DNA from: Stegostoma tigrinum
Lineage: Eukaryota
Assembly (NCBI RefSeq): GCF_030684315.1
Contig: NC_081396.1
Span: 5,518,001-5,582,000 of the forward strand
Length of the DNA: 64,000 nucleotides
Direction of reading: 5' to 3'
This document shows positions 23,218 to 37,077 of the stretch, piece by piece. Under the pieces are notes generated by a model that saw only the letters and a program-made list of their open reading frames with translations, was not told the origin of the DNA and did no database searches. The translations under genes and the position numbers were made by a program. Each line of letters begins with the position of its first letter. Position 1 is the first letter of the stretch.

Positions 23218-26200
23218 CATCTACAAAGTGTTTCTCACTGCTCACATGGACGTCCAGTGAAAACAACAGATTCAATTGAGCTGAGCTTCAGTCGTCAATA
23301 ATTAATCATTTCTAATTGCCACTTTAATGCATCATGGAAGCAATATTGTTCCATCAAAGGTGTTGATGTTTCAACTTCGCCTCAGTTTCAATTTTCAAGT
23401 TGATTTTATTTTATCTAATTCTATGTCTGCAACTACTGTGGCTTGTTTCAGTTTTAATGCCACCGTGAGAACTTGCCCTACCACTCGGAATTTTCAGTTA
23501 GTTTCAGTTTGTGTATATTCTGCTGTGGTTTTACTGTTACTTACTGGGAAGAGCATCTACTGTGCCCTGGCAACTTAAATTTCCTACAACCAATTGCTTT
23601 ATTTGGCCGCATGTTCCCTGAGCCGCTGAGTTTTACATTATGTAAAATATATAGGTCAGGGTTAATCAGCTGTCAAATTGGAGAATGCCAGTCATGTATA
23701 CTCTACACTGGCCTGTCACCCCTCTCACAACAATAAACCCTTTCCACAAAGCACTTTTTTCTTCTGTTCCTTTGTCCCTCCTGCAATATTTCTGCTCCTG
23801 ATAGCTGCATCAAATCCAACAGTTCCATGCTCTAAATCTATCAATGAGCCCTATACACTAAATCAATCCTGTTAAAAAAATTTCCTTTTTCCTGCCATTA
23901 TCAACAAAATAAAACTTTACCCCAACACATCTTTGAACTCATTCATTATGTGAAATATTTCAATGAAGTCTTCTCTTCATTCCACCTGTTTCAGTGGAAC
24001 GTGGACCAGTTTGCATTCACTCTTCAGATCAGTCTGCATTCTTACTGATCTCTTTTTCTTTCAAGCAGAGAGGCCAGTCATAGTTTGGAAGATGCGAACG
24101 TTAGAAACATAAACACACCAGACATTCCACCTAAAACCCTACTCCCTACTCTGAAGCACAAACATGTTAATTTATTATACATTCGTGGGTGCGTGAATCA
24201 TTAGCTAGGCCTGCAGTTTCTATCGACCACAAATTGCTGTGGACTCGGAAGTCGGGGAACAACCTACTTCAGTCACAGCAGACGGCAAGAGTAAGAACAC
24301 CTACAATTCTGGTGAAAAGAGACTTCCAGAATTTTGGCTCACAGTAAGTGTGGGAATTGTTTCAGCGAGTCTAAGTTTTCATGATTTATTTGTAATAATT
24401 AGTTGCTACTTATACTGAGGAAATATTCGCAATCTCCTGCTCTTGTTCTCGGAACTAACGCCCCCACGAATAAATTACCGGTATCAACATGGATTAATTG
24501 TTCAAGAAATAAAGATATGAGGAATAAAGTTTATACGTGGTGCAGGTAGAATAGACTGAAAAGATGTATTCCCTTGCTTGAGACGTTAGTGAAACAGGTG
24601 CATTGTTTGAAAAGTTATCGATCAAACATTGAGAGGAAAGAACAGAATGTTTTTAAGCTGGGCCCAGTGTGTGTTCTGGAACTCGCTGGCTGAAATGACA
24701 GCAGAGACATCAGCCTTGAACCCGCTTAGCAAAGGGGCATACAACATAAATCTTTAAAACTCATGTTTATTTCAAAAGGAAATGGAATTAAGGCAATGCT
24801 GGGAAATTTAATTTCGTTTGATGGCTCTTTTCTCAGTCAGCGATGGTCAGAGTGGTTTATGTTTTGCTTTGAAATTGTCGATATTTTATAACTGCTCTAT
24901 ATGTCAAAACATTCCAACGCTCTCTGATACAGGGGTTTCATGTTATGCACATTGCTGCTGAGTGGAGCTGGAATGCATAAAGTGTTTCTTCTGTGCTGCA
25001 CTTGTCATTCAGATATTGTTGATAATGGCATTAGCTTCTGCTTGGTTTAGTGCCTTGACAAAATTTATGACTTCGATGGAAATCTGCAAGTGTTTCATTT
25101 GGCATCAACCATCATTGTATTAGCACGTGATCAATTATTAAATACCTCTACTTGGTCAGAGATTGCTGCACACTTCAGGAACAGGGAGCACTTGAACTAG
25201 GCTGTGCAGGATGACAGTCGACAAAGAACTCTTGGCTTCTTGTGAAGAGTAACAGTGATTACGACACACAAGACACTCTCTGAAACAAGTGACTATCTCA
25301 ATTGCTTCGTCACTCGCTCATCTTTTTGCTTATATTACTCTGCACATTCGTATTTCTTAGTGCTTGATCACAGTACACAGTAAACCAGACAAACAGTCTG
25401 GTTGTGTTGCACAAAGCAATGGCATTGTTCCTATTTCAAATGACTTGGCCTCGATTATTGTTCCACTCAACCCGACTTGTGATTATGTTACGCCAGGTCG
25501 TTTCTCTGTTTATATTGCAATATGCTATGCGGGTATGAATATTCGGTTTGATAAAGTGCCTTTGTATTTTTGATTAGAATCAATCTCAGCTGCTTCCAAA
25601 CTGTATGATGTACTATTCTGTGTTGCCCTGAGCATGTCTGCTTTACTGATGGGCTACGATAAACATGCCTTCTGATTATTTTTCATGATTAGCTCAGCGT
25701 AAAACAGTGGGCTCCATTATGTCTCTAATTGCACAACCCTGTGTTTTTGATTTGAGTAGGCACTTTGCGAATCTCCACAGTTCACCATGTTTGTTTTCAT
25801 GTTGCACTGTGCACTTCGTTAGTTTTTTGCTGCAAGTCGTCATCTACTGTTAATGCCACCTGCCAGCTTACAATTTTCAATGTTACATTTATCTTGTCGC
25901 CATTACATGTGCATTTGATGCTACAGATCTAAGCCATACATCATATATGAAGTCATGTAATAAAAACACTCTTTACACTGCATCGGGCATTTGTAAACTA
26001 TAATTCCATCTAATATTATTGTGCAGACTCAACCATTTGCTGCCCCTTCCTACACGTATTGTTTAGCAGAAACTCAAACAGATCTGCAGTTCCTCTTGGT
26101 ACAGAATTTGCTTTCATTATTCTCATTTCGTAGACCCAACTGCGTGTTGAATCATCATTTCAAAATGGATATGATTTTAATGTATTGAAATACTGACGTG

Positions 26201-27817
26201 ACGTTAATGCTGAAATATTAAAATAATTCCAAATAAACTAAAGTTACAAGGCAGTCAAAACGGAATGGACTCTAACCCATTACCAATATATACACGTGCC
26301 TTGCATAATCGTGAGCTTACTCCAATTTAGAGCATGGAAGAGATGGGAGTGGACTGATTTAGGTTCGTGATAAGATCGAATCTCTGTATCTAGAAAAAGA
26401 AGTTACACTTGCTATTGGTTTATGGTGAGAAGGAGACAGACAGCAGTTCAGCTACAAGTATAATAACATCATTCGCTTTACAACATTGAAAAAGAAGGGT
26501 ATAGAACCGTGATTGCAATCAAACGGCAGTTTGAAACTTCATTGTCCGTCTCACTGGGGATAAATGAGGGAAAACATGAATATTTGACAGAGCCAAGCTG
26601 CACAGTCTTGGGAAATACTTTCATTTATGAAAGGCATGGCATGGACAAGTTATTCTTCCCCTTTATGTCGTTTGCTACCCAATTCTCAAAGTTATTAGCA
26701 TTCCATGAAGGAATAGTTCTCAAATAAGTTACTCATTGTGGTATGAATCCCTGGAAGTGATTTATCTCCCCTTTCAGGACCTGCGTGTATTCTTCTGACA
26801 TCAACCAGCTGTCTGAACGTAAGGGACAGTAAACAATTACAAATAAATGTGTGTGCCTTACATAATCGTGAACTTTGTAATGATAAGCCATAGTCAATCA
26901 CTTACGCTTGTATTTCAATTTATTTTGATATGGTTATGAGCATTCTGTTTATTGTATGTCTGAAATATGGAACTTTGTGTGTGGCCCAGTAATGCCTTAT
27001 TTGGGACATTAGCTTCTACTCTAAAGTAGCAAACTGCCAATTTTTATTATTATTATCATTATGGGAAGTAATAGCATATCACAATGTAGCAGCCTGCAAT
27101 TTCTGCTGTGGTCTTATCACAGTGTAGGAAAGAGGTTATGAGAGTTCAATCACGATATTAGCTGCATGGTAAGATAAAAAATACTTCTATTACTTACACG
27201 AATATATAGCGTGACCATTGGAATGACGTATTAGTATTGTATAGTGAGATCCAGCTGAGTTTCTTTATTCTTAATGCAGGCTTTGGAATTAAGAATCGAA
27301 ACCTTTGAAAGAGGAAATTGAAGTTGACAGATGTTCACGTCTACTGTGCATGTGGTCTTGCCCCATTGAATTGTTCATTTTGAATCGTCATATTTTCAGT
27401 CGTTAATGGAACGGCAGTCTCCCATGGCAATGTGAAACTTATTTGGCAATCTCCAGTTTCCGCATGAGGAGAGAGGGTCGTGCCTACTGTAACACCAGTG
27501 CTGAAATTCTTACAGGAGTTTAACCAAGCATAGCTTTTACACGAAGACTCACAAATGCATAATATGAAACAGAAAACATTCTTGAGGCAGAAGATAAATT
27601 ATAAGTAGCGCCCGAAACAAAGAAGGCATGCCATTGAGAAAGTAATCTCAAAAGACTCAGACTCTAGCAGTTAAATGTATCAATGACACTGGGATTGATT
27701 TCAAAATCAAGAATGCAGAATAGAAAAGAATTAGAGGGACACTGAGATGTGAGAGGTATTTGGAGTAGGTCTGGGCTGGCATTGGCGAGATAACGATTGT
27801 GTTTTAAATGTCGAAAG

Positions 27818-27980
27818 NNNNNNNNNNNNNNNNNNNNNNNNNNNNNNNNNNNNNNNNNNNNNNNNNNNNNNNNNNNNNNNNNNNNNNNNNNNNNNNNNNN
27901 NNNNNNNNNNNNNNNNNNNNNNNNNNNNNNNNNNNNNNNNNNNNNNNNNNNNNNNNNNNNNNNNNNNNNNNNNNNNNNNN
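27818..27980. other. Assembly gap (163 N) followed by a CT-rich low-complexity tract to ~28150
   Basis: Run of n characters. Confidence 0.99.
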
Positions 27981-30900
27981 TCTCTCTTGTCCTCTTACTT
28001 TCTCTTTCTTTCTCTCCCTTTTTATTTCTTTCTTCTCGCTTACTTGCTTTCTCATTTTTGTTCTTTCTCTCTTTCTTTGTTTCTTGCTTCCTTCATTTAT
28101 TCCTTTTGTTCTTCTTCTCTTTCTTTCACTCTTTATTTCTTTTTTCTTTCTTGCTCAAACTCACACGTGCTCTCATTTTAAAAATCTCACTCACACGTGC
28201 AATCACTCTGTCAAAATCATCAGATTCATTATAAATGCTTTCATTCCCAGCATTTCTCATACACACATACACTCTGTCACACAATTTTTTTTCACACACT
28301 AGCATGCTTTCACTCACGCACTGACACTGTCAAATCTGAGTTTCGGACATACTCTTACTCACCGATATAATCACAGAAAACGACGGGAAAATGTTTCAAC
28401 CTATAGTTTTCATTCTCTGGAAGAACGATCGCAATATTCCCACTCTGATCTCCTCTTCATACGAAGCACTTTACAGGCTTCTGGGCATAATATTGTGCTG
28501 ATAGCCTTCAAATTATGAACCAACTCCCATTTCAATTGGTTTAACTTGCTACATTCTCCCATCTCTTCCCTTTCTTTTTGTTTCACTTGTTACGATCACT
28601 GTCGCTTTGTCCTGTCTCCCCTCCCCCGACTCTTGTGTGACTGTATTCCCTTTCCAGACTCGCAGTGAGACAAACCATTCTTCTACCATTCTCACATAGC
28701 AACCAATTAATCTAAAGTATGAACATCTTCTCTCTCAAGCATTCTTCACCCCCCGCAACTACAAGTCCCCAAACTATAGCATTAATGTTGACCCCTTCCA
28801 GACTTCACTTCAGCTCTGATGAGGTGCCATGGGTACTAAAGCTTTATGTAGTCCCTTCTGTGGCGATGGTTTCTGTCTCGCTGTAATCTCAAGCATGTGT
28901 TGTTTCCCTGTCGATTTCTACGTCGCTTTTCAAACGAGACGTTCAACTCATGGAACCTACTCTCCTCTTGAACATCTTAACTCATGCTTTATCGAGATAT
29001 TATCAAATTATTATTGATTTGGTGCTCGTTTTGTGCTCGATATTCACCACAATTCGTTTATCCAGGACAAGAACCACGTATCAAAGATTTCACTGATGTT
29101 GAAACTGCTATAAGGCTCATAACTATCAATGTCGCCACCACTGTGTATCACGAGAAAGTGTATAGCAAACAACATTGCAGACGACTCAGGCCGTAGTTGC
29201 TGTTGTTATTATTATCAATAATCATGATAATAATAATAATCATCATCATCATACTTTCAAATTGTTTTAGCATATGCTTCAGTTGTACCTGTCAACAGCT
29301 GACACTGTACCTTTATATTGATGCTATGAGGCAATCAATGTGGCAGAATCTCTCCATAACAGGATGAAATCCTGTGAGATGACCATTAGTAGAATAATAG
29401 ATTTCCTTCGCATTTCCAACTCTGGGTTGCTTGCAAAGTCCTCACTGCTCTGACTATGCAGATTTTTGCAGGCTCAGTTGGTCACCAAATTATGTATAAT
29501 AGTTCAAGAATTGGTCGAGAGAATGAGGGCAAATGGAATTACAGGATTTAGAACGTGATGAAGGAACTCTACTGAACACAAAACAAGAGGCTCGACAATT
29601 TCAATTGTTCCACCACAAAATCAAGGAATGTTCTCCAACCAATCCTCATCCATTAACATAAAATCCCAGAAAATGGTTTTGATACAGTTCAGTAGAGTCA
29701 CTGTAGCCAGAAGTACATCTGCTGTTTTCATAGTGCATGATTTACAGTTCAGCTTTTGACAAAAAAAGTCCACAAGTGTAACAAACGTGAAAGCAACAGT
29801 CAACAATACAGAGCAATAAGTGACGACGTAAATGAAAGCAGTGACTACTAGCTGGATGCCGTGGCACAAATCAAGGAACCGGAAACGTAAATGGCACACA
29901 CAACCATATTTATCCAATAAAGTCTTCTGCTGGCGTTTGCGAGTTCTTCTTCATTGGACCACATGGACTGCAGCAGTTTTAGAAGGCGCTACCACATCCA
30001 CGTGTGGTGTCAATATATGGTGGTCATGTTATCGACGGTAACATCACATGAATGAACCACATCAGAGCAGGTTTCAGAACAGTTTCATTGACTGGTGTCT
30101 CTAGGTTAGCATTATGACCTCAGCCCAATTGCCTCCTCCTGCTCTTTAACGGGAGAAGAGAATGATTCTTCTGATTTTTGTTCATCCATTCTGTTTACTT
30201 TAGACATAAACTGTGAGACACAATTTGCCTGCTCCTTTTTAAAATTCCAAGTGTGAATGCCTGTGGGATTGATTTGTATCAGACTTGAAAACTATGTCTT
30301 TATATGATTCCGATTACATAATTTTAACATTTCTGTGTAACAAGTGGCTGAAGTGACACCAGCCTGGGCGAATGCCTGCCTAAAAGAGGTGATGTATCAG
30401 AGAGAAATGTTATAATCTGGGGACGCGGACAGAAGCAAATCTGGCTCAGATGAATTTTCTAGACACAAGGTGCATCCAAGGAACCGGAATCCTGCAGGAA
30501 AAAAAATCTTGAAATCTCTCCAAATTAAAAATAATTCTAAATTATGAAAGATCAGAATCGGAAATAAATGATAACTTTTCATCTTTTCAATCAACGATCA
30601 TTTTATTGTTAATTGAAAAATAACAAGAAGCATTTTTGGTAAAATCACATTTGAAAATAGCCAGGAGTGGTGTTCCCTCGCCCTGTGCCATGACAACTTT
30701 TTCTACTATCTTCCAAAAACTATCAGCTGAAACCATATCGTTGAAATGCATTCTGCAATGTGATCTATTGTCAAATTGGATTTCCAAAACGTAGTACCAC
30801 TATTTGTCTCTAACAGAATCTGATGTATAATTTGGAATTTACGGCGAAGGATGAAGAATCTATTGATTTCTCGTAAAACGTTCATGGCTCTGCTCTATGT

Positions 30901-31370
30901 TGAAAGGAAAATATGCCTTTAAGTAAATTCAGATCATTCACAGGCAATCGTATTAGCATTAAATCTTTGAATGTTATCAAAATGTCATATAGTTGCCTGA
31001 TTTCACACAATAAGATCAGTAATTCGATCATCTCAGTTCGATTTATGAGTGAAACATGAATTATTAAATTAAAAACTGTGCAGGACAAACCTTTGGGCAA
31101 TCATTACCAAGTTACATTTACGTCAATGACATGCCAGGCAATTGCAATTGTCAGAAAGGGAGGAATTGACAGAGCTCCTTGACATTTAGTCACATTACCA
31201 CCAAAGGCTGAACTATCTCACATCAACTTCAAAATCAGATAGAGATGAGGAGCTACTTTGTTTGTCAAAGAGACCTGTGAGTCTTTGGTATAATCTCTCT
31301 CAATAATGTTGAAGCAAAAACATTGAATATTTAAAGGCACGCGATTCTTGACAAGAAATGAACTGAATGG

Positions 31371-31692
31371 GATGGCATAGGCGCACAGTTGTTAGCACGG
31401 CTGCATCACAGCACCAAGGACCCAGGTGCGATTCCAGGCTCATGCAGCTGTTTGTGCAGAGTTTCCACATTCTACCCCTGTATGTGTGGGTTTCACCTGG
31501 GTACTCCGGTTTATTCCCACAATCCAAAGGTGTTTAGGGTAATAGATTGACCATTCGAAATTGGGCTTGGCACTGTGGGGTGTTTAGGTTAGGTGGGTTA
31601 GACAAAGGGAATGGGTCTGAGTGGCATGCTCTTTGGAGGGTGGTGTGGACTTGTTGCTTTGAATTATCTGTTTCCACAATGCAGTTTCTATG
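31371..31692 (+). mobile_element. tRNA-derived SINE (HE1/V-SINE-like)
   Basis: Head gcacagttgttagcacggctgcatcacagcaccaaggacccaggtgcgattcc, conserved core, and a LINE-like 3' tail ending tttctatgatt. Confidence 0.7.
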
Positions 31693-34583
31693 ATTTCTCG
31701 TTGCTTCTTGAGTGAGGTGTGATATAATTAGGAATTGTGTAATCACGTCAGCCATGGAATTATGTATTTACTGAGCACGTTCATGGAGATTAAAGACATT
31801 TTTCCAACTGCTAATTCACACTTTGCCTCACTCGGGGCTACCATTGTCTAGGATTGCAAGTTTTCCATTTGTAGAAATAATGTGGCCAAGGCAGCAGATT
31901 TGAGATTGAGAAGTTAACAGCATGTGTCTCACGTTCTGTGCCTCCAATGTTTGGCAATGATCCAAATTCACAAGTCAAGCATAAAATGGAATATACCTCA
32001 CTTTCTTACGTGAGTGCAGCTCCAAAAACAGCTGAATAACAATGCCTTGATTGATATCTATTCATCATCTTCAATATTCACTCCCTTCATCAGTATTGCA
32101 CATTGGCAGCACTTTGTCCACTACATGGTATCCATTGCAGGGAAATTAAAGACACATTTAAAGTACCTTTAGAGCACCCTAATACCTGGAAGGTTATGAG
32201 TGGCAGATACATGGGACCATCACCACCTGCAAGGCCCGCTGAAAAGTTATGCTACTTGGAGGTATTTCACTTTAAGGTCACTGGATCGAAATCCTGGATG
32301 TTCGTTCCTAGCAGCACATCGGGTTCCTCTAAATGACATGAACTTTCAGAGTTTCATATTTCCCTTTCAAAGGCATATTTCCCTTTCAACGTATAGCAGA
32401 GCCATTAACGTTTTAATTAATGCATTACTTAACTGCCTGCATGACATTTTCTTTATCTTCAAATTTAAAGTAAAACTAAAAATAAGATCACCTCTCAGAG
32501 TACACAGAAGACATGAATTCCCAAGCCCAATTCAGACTTTCAAAAGTCACTTACCATCACCCTCCCAGAAGGACGAAATGATAAACAATAAATGCTAGTC
32601 GAGCCATCGACGTTCAAATTCTGTGAAAGAACCGAAAAATAACTGCAAACATTTCTGAGGAACACCAAAGCAGCAAGAACAGGATAGTGGAACGTTTGAA
32701 ATTTGTCGATGAGCTTTCCAATTTGCCAGTCAGTTAGATGACACTGCACCATTGCTTCCCTTTCTGTGGTGGAAAGAAAACCTACTCGTGGCAAAGGCGA
32801 TCCTTCTGACAGCAACTGAAATGGGACATTAAGGCAGGTTCTAAATGACAAAACGTGAGAAACAGTTTGTTGAAATAATTGAGGCCTGCAGAGATTGATA
32901 TTAATTACAGTGATTGAACAAACAGGTTCGGTTTATCCTATTCAACAACACAAGACATGCATTTCAGTGATAAGAATGCTTTCAAACGTTGCAAAATAAT
33001 AGGTGAATATGTCTCAAAGCAGCTTTGGATTAACATTTGACAATAAAAGCATTCAACAGGATAGAATTAGAGATAGTGCAGCTGCTTTGGCATCGCAGGT
33101 GCATCATAAAGTTGGTCTGTCCTCATAGCTTGCGCGATGAGTCAAACAGCAGGCCGTACATGGAGAAGAGTCATGGTCTGAGTCTCCTATTGGTTTTTAT
33201 GTAAAGATACGGCAAATTTAGAATCAGAATGAACTTTTTTGTTACATTCGGCCTAAAATAGGCATCAGAGAGTTTTCTGCATTCAGGGAGGCTCCAAAGT
33301 GGAAACCACAGAGGAGGCATGGATTTGCAAAAACTCCAAAGTGGGAGTCAGAAAGTAGGTCAACATTTACAGAGACTCCACAGTGTGTGTCACAGAGATT
33401 ACCTTCTGGAACAGATGCTTAGTCCTGGTGTGTTCAACTTCGGCAGGTTCCACACTGGGCATTTCAGCATGACACTCCGCTGTCCATTGTGAAGTGTTTG
33501 TAACGTCTACATTGCTTGGTGCTCAGAAGTGGGAAACGTCACGTAATTGAAGATATACAATTGAGAAGGGATTGGCATTCGGTGGAATTTACTCTCGGCT
33601 TAAGCAGTCTATACAGTGGAAATAGTTTGAGATTAAAGGATCAGCATTAGAACAACCCAGCATTAATTACATAATTATACATAAATATTCCAGTCAAGCT
33701 AATGGCTAGAATCTCTGGCATTCTGTATCTGAAATAGCAGTGGAGGATCAAAAGTTGACTGTTTTCACTGTATCTCTTTTCTCTGAAGAACAGAGAACCA
33801 CATGAGACTCCATTGAAATCTTACATATCATGACCTAGTGAATGGCGTGTATGAGGCGGAACCAAGAGAAATTGGCCATTAATATATCTTGCTCACGAAC
33901 AGAACGAGTCAAGTCACGAAGGTAAATAAATACATAAAAAGTAGTGGAAGAATTTTGAACTTCCCACCAAACAGAGTGGTCGGAGCACTTTGTATTTAGT
34001 CATTTCGGGAAGGTTTTGAAAACACAGGGAGGAGAACAGAATGAACCGACACAGCGTCTTGGATGAACAGATTTCAGGTGGAGGCGGGTGTTGGAGTACA
34101 TGCACATGTATTAATTAACTGCCTGCATGCCTTTTTCTTTATCTTCAAATTTAATGTAAAACTAACAATAAGATCACCTCTCAGAGTACACAGAAGGCAT
34201 AAATCTATGCGAGGAATTGACACTGAGGGAGAGTTGGAGGTGCATTTCCAGTGACTAACAACAAAACTACCACAGAAGCAAGAAAGACTGAATGCGACCA
34301 ACTACTGACAGACGTTGGGACACCTTTCCATGTTGGCAGTAAACACAAAAAGCAAAACACAAAAGCAGAAATGAGATGATACTAAACTGAAGCATTTCAT
34401 GCTCGAGGTAAACAGAGACGAAAGGGACTGGATTGAAGAAAGAGGAAACAAACAAGTAGATCAATAAGAATCTCCTGGACAGAGTCAGGAGTGTAAAAAA
34501 TACTTGACCCATTCGGTGTTGATCATTCATATCCTTTGTTTTGGATCCTGCTGTACGACTTGATGTAACACAATTCGGTTGCT

Positions 34584-34680
34584 CTGATGAAGGGTCCAGG
34601 CCAGAAACGTCAGCTTTTGTGCTCCTGAGATGCTGTTTGGCCTGCTGTGTTTATCCAGCTCCACACTTTGTTATCTCGGT
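34584..34680 (+). mobile_element. Short Penelope terminal fragment with hammerhead-like core
   Basis: Matches 46248-46340 (ctgatgaagggtccaggccagaaacgtcagc...). Confidence 0.75.
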
Positions 34681-35448
34681 TACCTTTTTACTGTATTGTT
34701 TTTTTGGAAATTCGTTGCTTCAATGAGTATAACGTGTTCCTTCCGTTTTGACGTTAATCAGTGTAAATCGTAACGGAAATATAACATACATCACAAAATC
34801 ATACACTGAAGCATTCGGCCCCTACTACGAATACTGTCCTCTTCAGAGTGTTTTGCCAATGTTCCCACTGTACTTGCTGTCTCTCCATATGTTGCATTTC
34901 CTGCCTGATTCAGCTGCTGTCCTGTTGTAGTTTTTTTATTACTACTTAACTAATAATGAGGCTTCACTCCATCTCCCATTCGACTGCTTATCTTCTTACT
35001 TTGTATCAAGGAGAGTGAGTGTCGAGCTCAAGCAGCACCTGGTTCTGTTAATACAGAGTATAACTGTCTCATTTATACCATTAACTGCAGAACAGGGTGT
35101 TTCCATGACATCTTCTGTTTATTTATTCATTTCCTTGTAAGCTCAGTTAAAACTTATGCTGCTCGAGGTAACAGGAATGCTGTCATACAGATACCTTAAT
35201 AATGACTTCTTCAAATGACCTTCAGTTTGCAGCTAACATCGGGAGTGATATACAGTTTGTTTGAAACTCTAGCTTATCAGTAACTAGGCTCCATGGGGAT
35301 ACAAAGGACATCTCTAATTCAGACTAAAACCTTGGTTTAGAGGCAATGTATCAAAAAATTCTTCTCTAACTCTAGCTAGGATAACAAGCACTTCGTGATA
35401 ACACAGTCTGAGTGAGACGTTATTGGGATAACATCCCATTGATTTCTA

Positions 35449-36117
35449 TGTTATCTATAAATTAATGCTCTTTATCTGCTTACACAGAGGTATGCAGACA
35501 TTGTCTTAAGCTTCCTGCCTGAATAGAATGAGGTATAAACTGTGTAAGTCTTTATCTTCCTGCTCAGAGGTATGTGGAAACTGTCTCAAATAAGATTTGG
35601 TGGGCAACGTTTGTAATGCTGTGAGACTTCTGAGATCCTGTAAGTATGTAACTTCCGTTTCTGCTAAAGGGTCCAGGGCACTGACTTTTGTTCAAACCAG
35701 ACACTTCAGTGGCTTGAACTTACATTCTGTCACTTCGGCAACTTGAAGCCGCCTCCTGCCGTTAGCAGCCTCTTCGCGAATGATCAATACTGTATCCTGC
35801 TCTCTTTATGTTTTTGATTTAGTAATTGTTTTGCATCATGTTATTGTCCGATGAGGTGATTGTTTCATGTAACATGCCATTGTGAGATGTAAAATTGCTC
35901 TATGTATTATGCACTAGATAAGGTATAAAAAGCAGGGACTGTCCGCTGCTCAGGGAGAAGCAGTTATGAGGCTCTGCACTCTGGGCCGGGTTGAGGACAA
36001 TGATCGTCCACAGCTTGTACTTGCTTTGTAATAAAGGATTTGTATTTTTTTTTCTAAACAGGTCAGTGTTTTGTCATTGCATCAAGTCCGTGAGGGTGTG
36101 TGAGAACGAACCTAACA
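35449..36117 (+). mobile_element. Probable solo LTR
   Basis: TGTTA...TAACA termini, three gaggtat sub-repeats in a U3-like part, a TATAAAA box near 35925 and AATAAA near 36030. The TSD is not clean. Confidence 0.55.
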
Positions 36118-36516
36118 CTACCTCCGACTTCTGCTAAGTTTGCTAAAATCCCACGTGCTAAACTATTTAAAATTCTTTTCCTAAGTCATCAGTTTCTTTA
36201 TGGTTGCCTTTTCTGTCTTGGCCTAAATTCCCATCTACCCTTGCAACGGAAAATTTTCCTTCCACAGTCCATTAGCCATTTGAAAGTTGTTGTTCAATCA
36301 GTTTCCAACAACTGTTCTGGCAATGCATTTCACATCATGAGAAAACAACATTTCAAAGAAAATCTCACTTCATCTTCTCATGAGTTTATATTTCGATGAA
36401 AGAAAATAGATTCAAATGGACTACCAACAAAGTTAATTGCCTCAAAACCAGAACAATTCTGGTTTTGTAAACAATGACTGATTAATTAATGCTGTTCAAT
36501 GTTATCATTGTTAGTG

Positions 36517-36826
36517 GTTCCAGTTCCCTGGTATCCTGGAGTCGGCCCCTACAAACCACGGCTACCAGGGACTTAGTAACTTTAAGTTATGAATATCCAG
36601 GGACCTGTCAATACACAGTTTACTGGTACAGTCAGTCCCGAGGACAGGCTCCAAAATATTTGCTTGGGAGACAGACTCCAGCAGAGCAGAATAAATAAAA
36701 TGCTGCTGGAAAAATAATTTCTGCTTCTATTGATCCTGCGGAAAACATCTGTTGGTTAATGATCTCTCAAAAGTAACCAATTGTCTCCGTTTTGTATTAT
36801 GGTGCATTGAGTTGGCCCTCAGCCGA
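36517..36826 (+). pseudogene. Pseudogenised supporting TCR-delta V (paralog of 20958-21267)
   Basis: Reads SSSLVSWSRPLQ...LSYEYPGTCQYTVYWYSQ...QNK*NAAGKIISASID...QK*...YYGAL. It has two stops, Cys23>Tyr, Cys104>Gly and the acceptor AG changed to TG, but the CDR1 Cys is kept. Confidence 0.85.
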
Positions 36827-37037
36827 CATAGTGATACAGAGCGTGGAGCAAGCTGCACCAAAACATGAACACGGTCGAGATCACAGGCACAGTGATACAG
36901 AGCATGGAAAGAGCTGTACATAAACCTGAATGTGATACAATTGAAGACAGAGTGATACAGGGCATAGAAACAGCTGTACAAATATCTGGACATAGTAGGT
37001 TTACAGATGCAGGGACATAGAGAACGGTACAAATGTT
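36827..37037 (+). repeat. Tandem array of 3-4 23-RSS-derived units
   Basis: CATAGTG-23-ACCAAAACA (36827), CACAGTG-23-ACATAAACC (36888), CAGAGTG-23-ACAAATATC (36948) and a truncated unit at 37008. Confidence 0.85.
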
Positions 37038-37077
37038 TTAGCAAAGATTTGCAGCTCGAATTGAGACTGGAGTTGTT

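Noticed and set aside
23423-23552. Leader-like stretch (VCVYSAVVLLLLTG) with a mutated donor
   Set aside because: No V exon could be found downstream.
25742-25782. D-like arrangement (cactttg...cacagtt)
   Set aside because: The 5' spacer is 10 nt and there is no 3' nonamer, so it is probably chance.
27797-28317. Long hydrophobic ORFs, also at 60673-61452 and 13236-13499
   Set aside because: Artefacts of the N gap, CT/GA low-complexity tracts and microsatellites.
33294-33400. ~43-bp repeats containing caaagtg/cacagtg and gcaaaaact
   Set aside because: Spacings are 13 or 25 nt and there is no adjacent V, D or J. Treated as a degenerate minisatellite.
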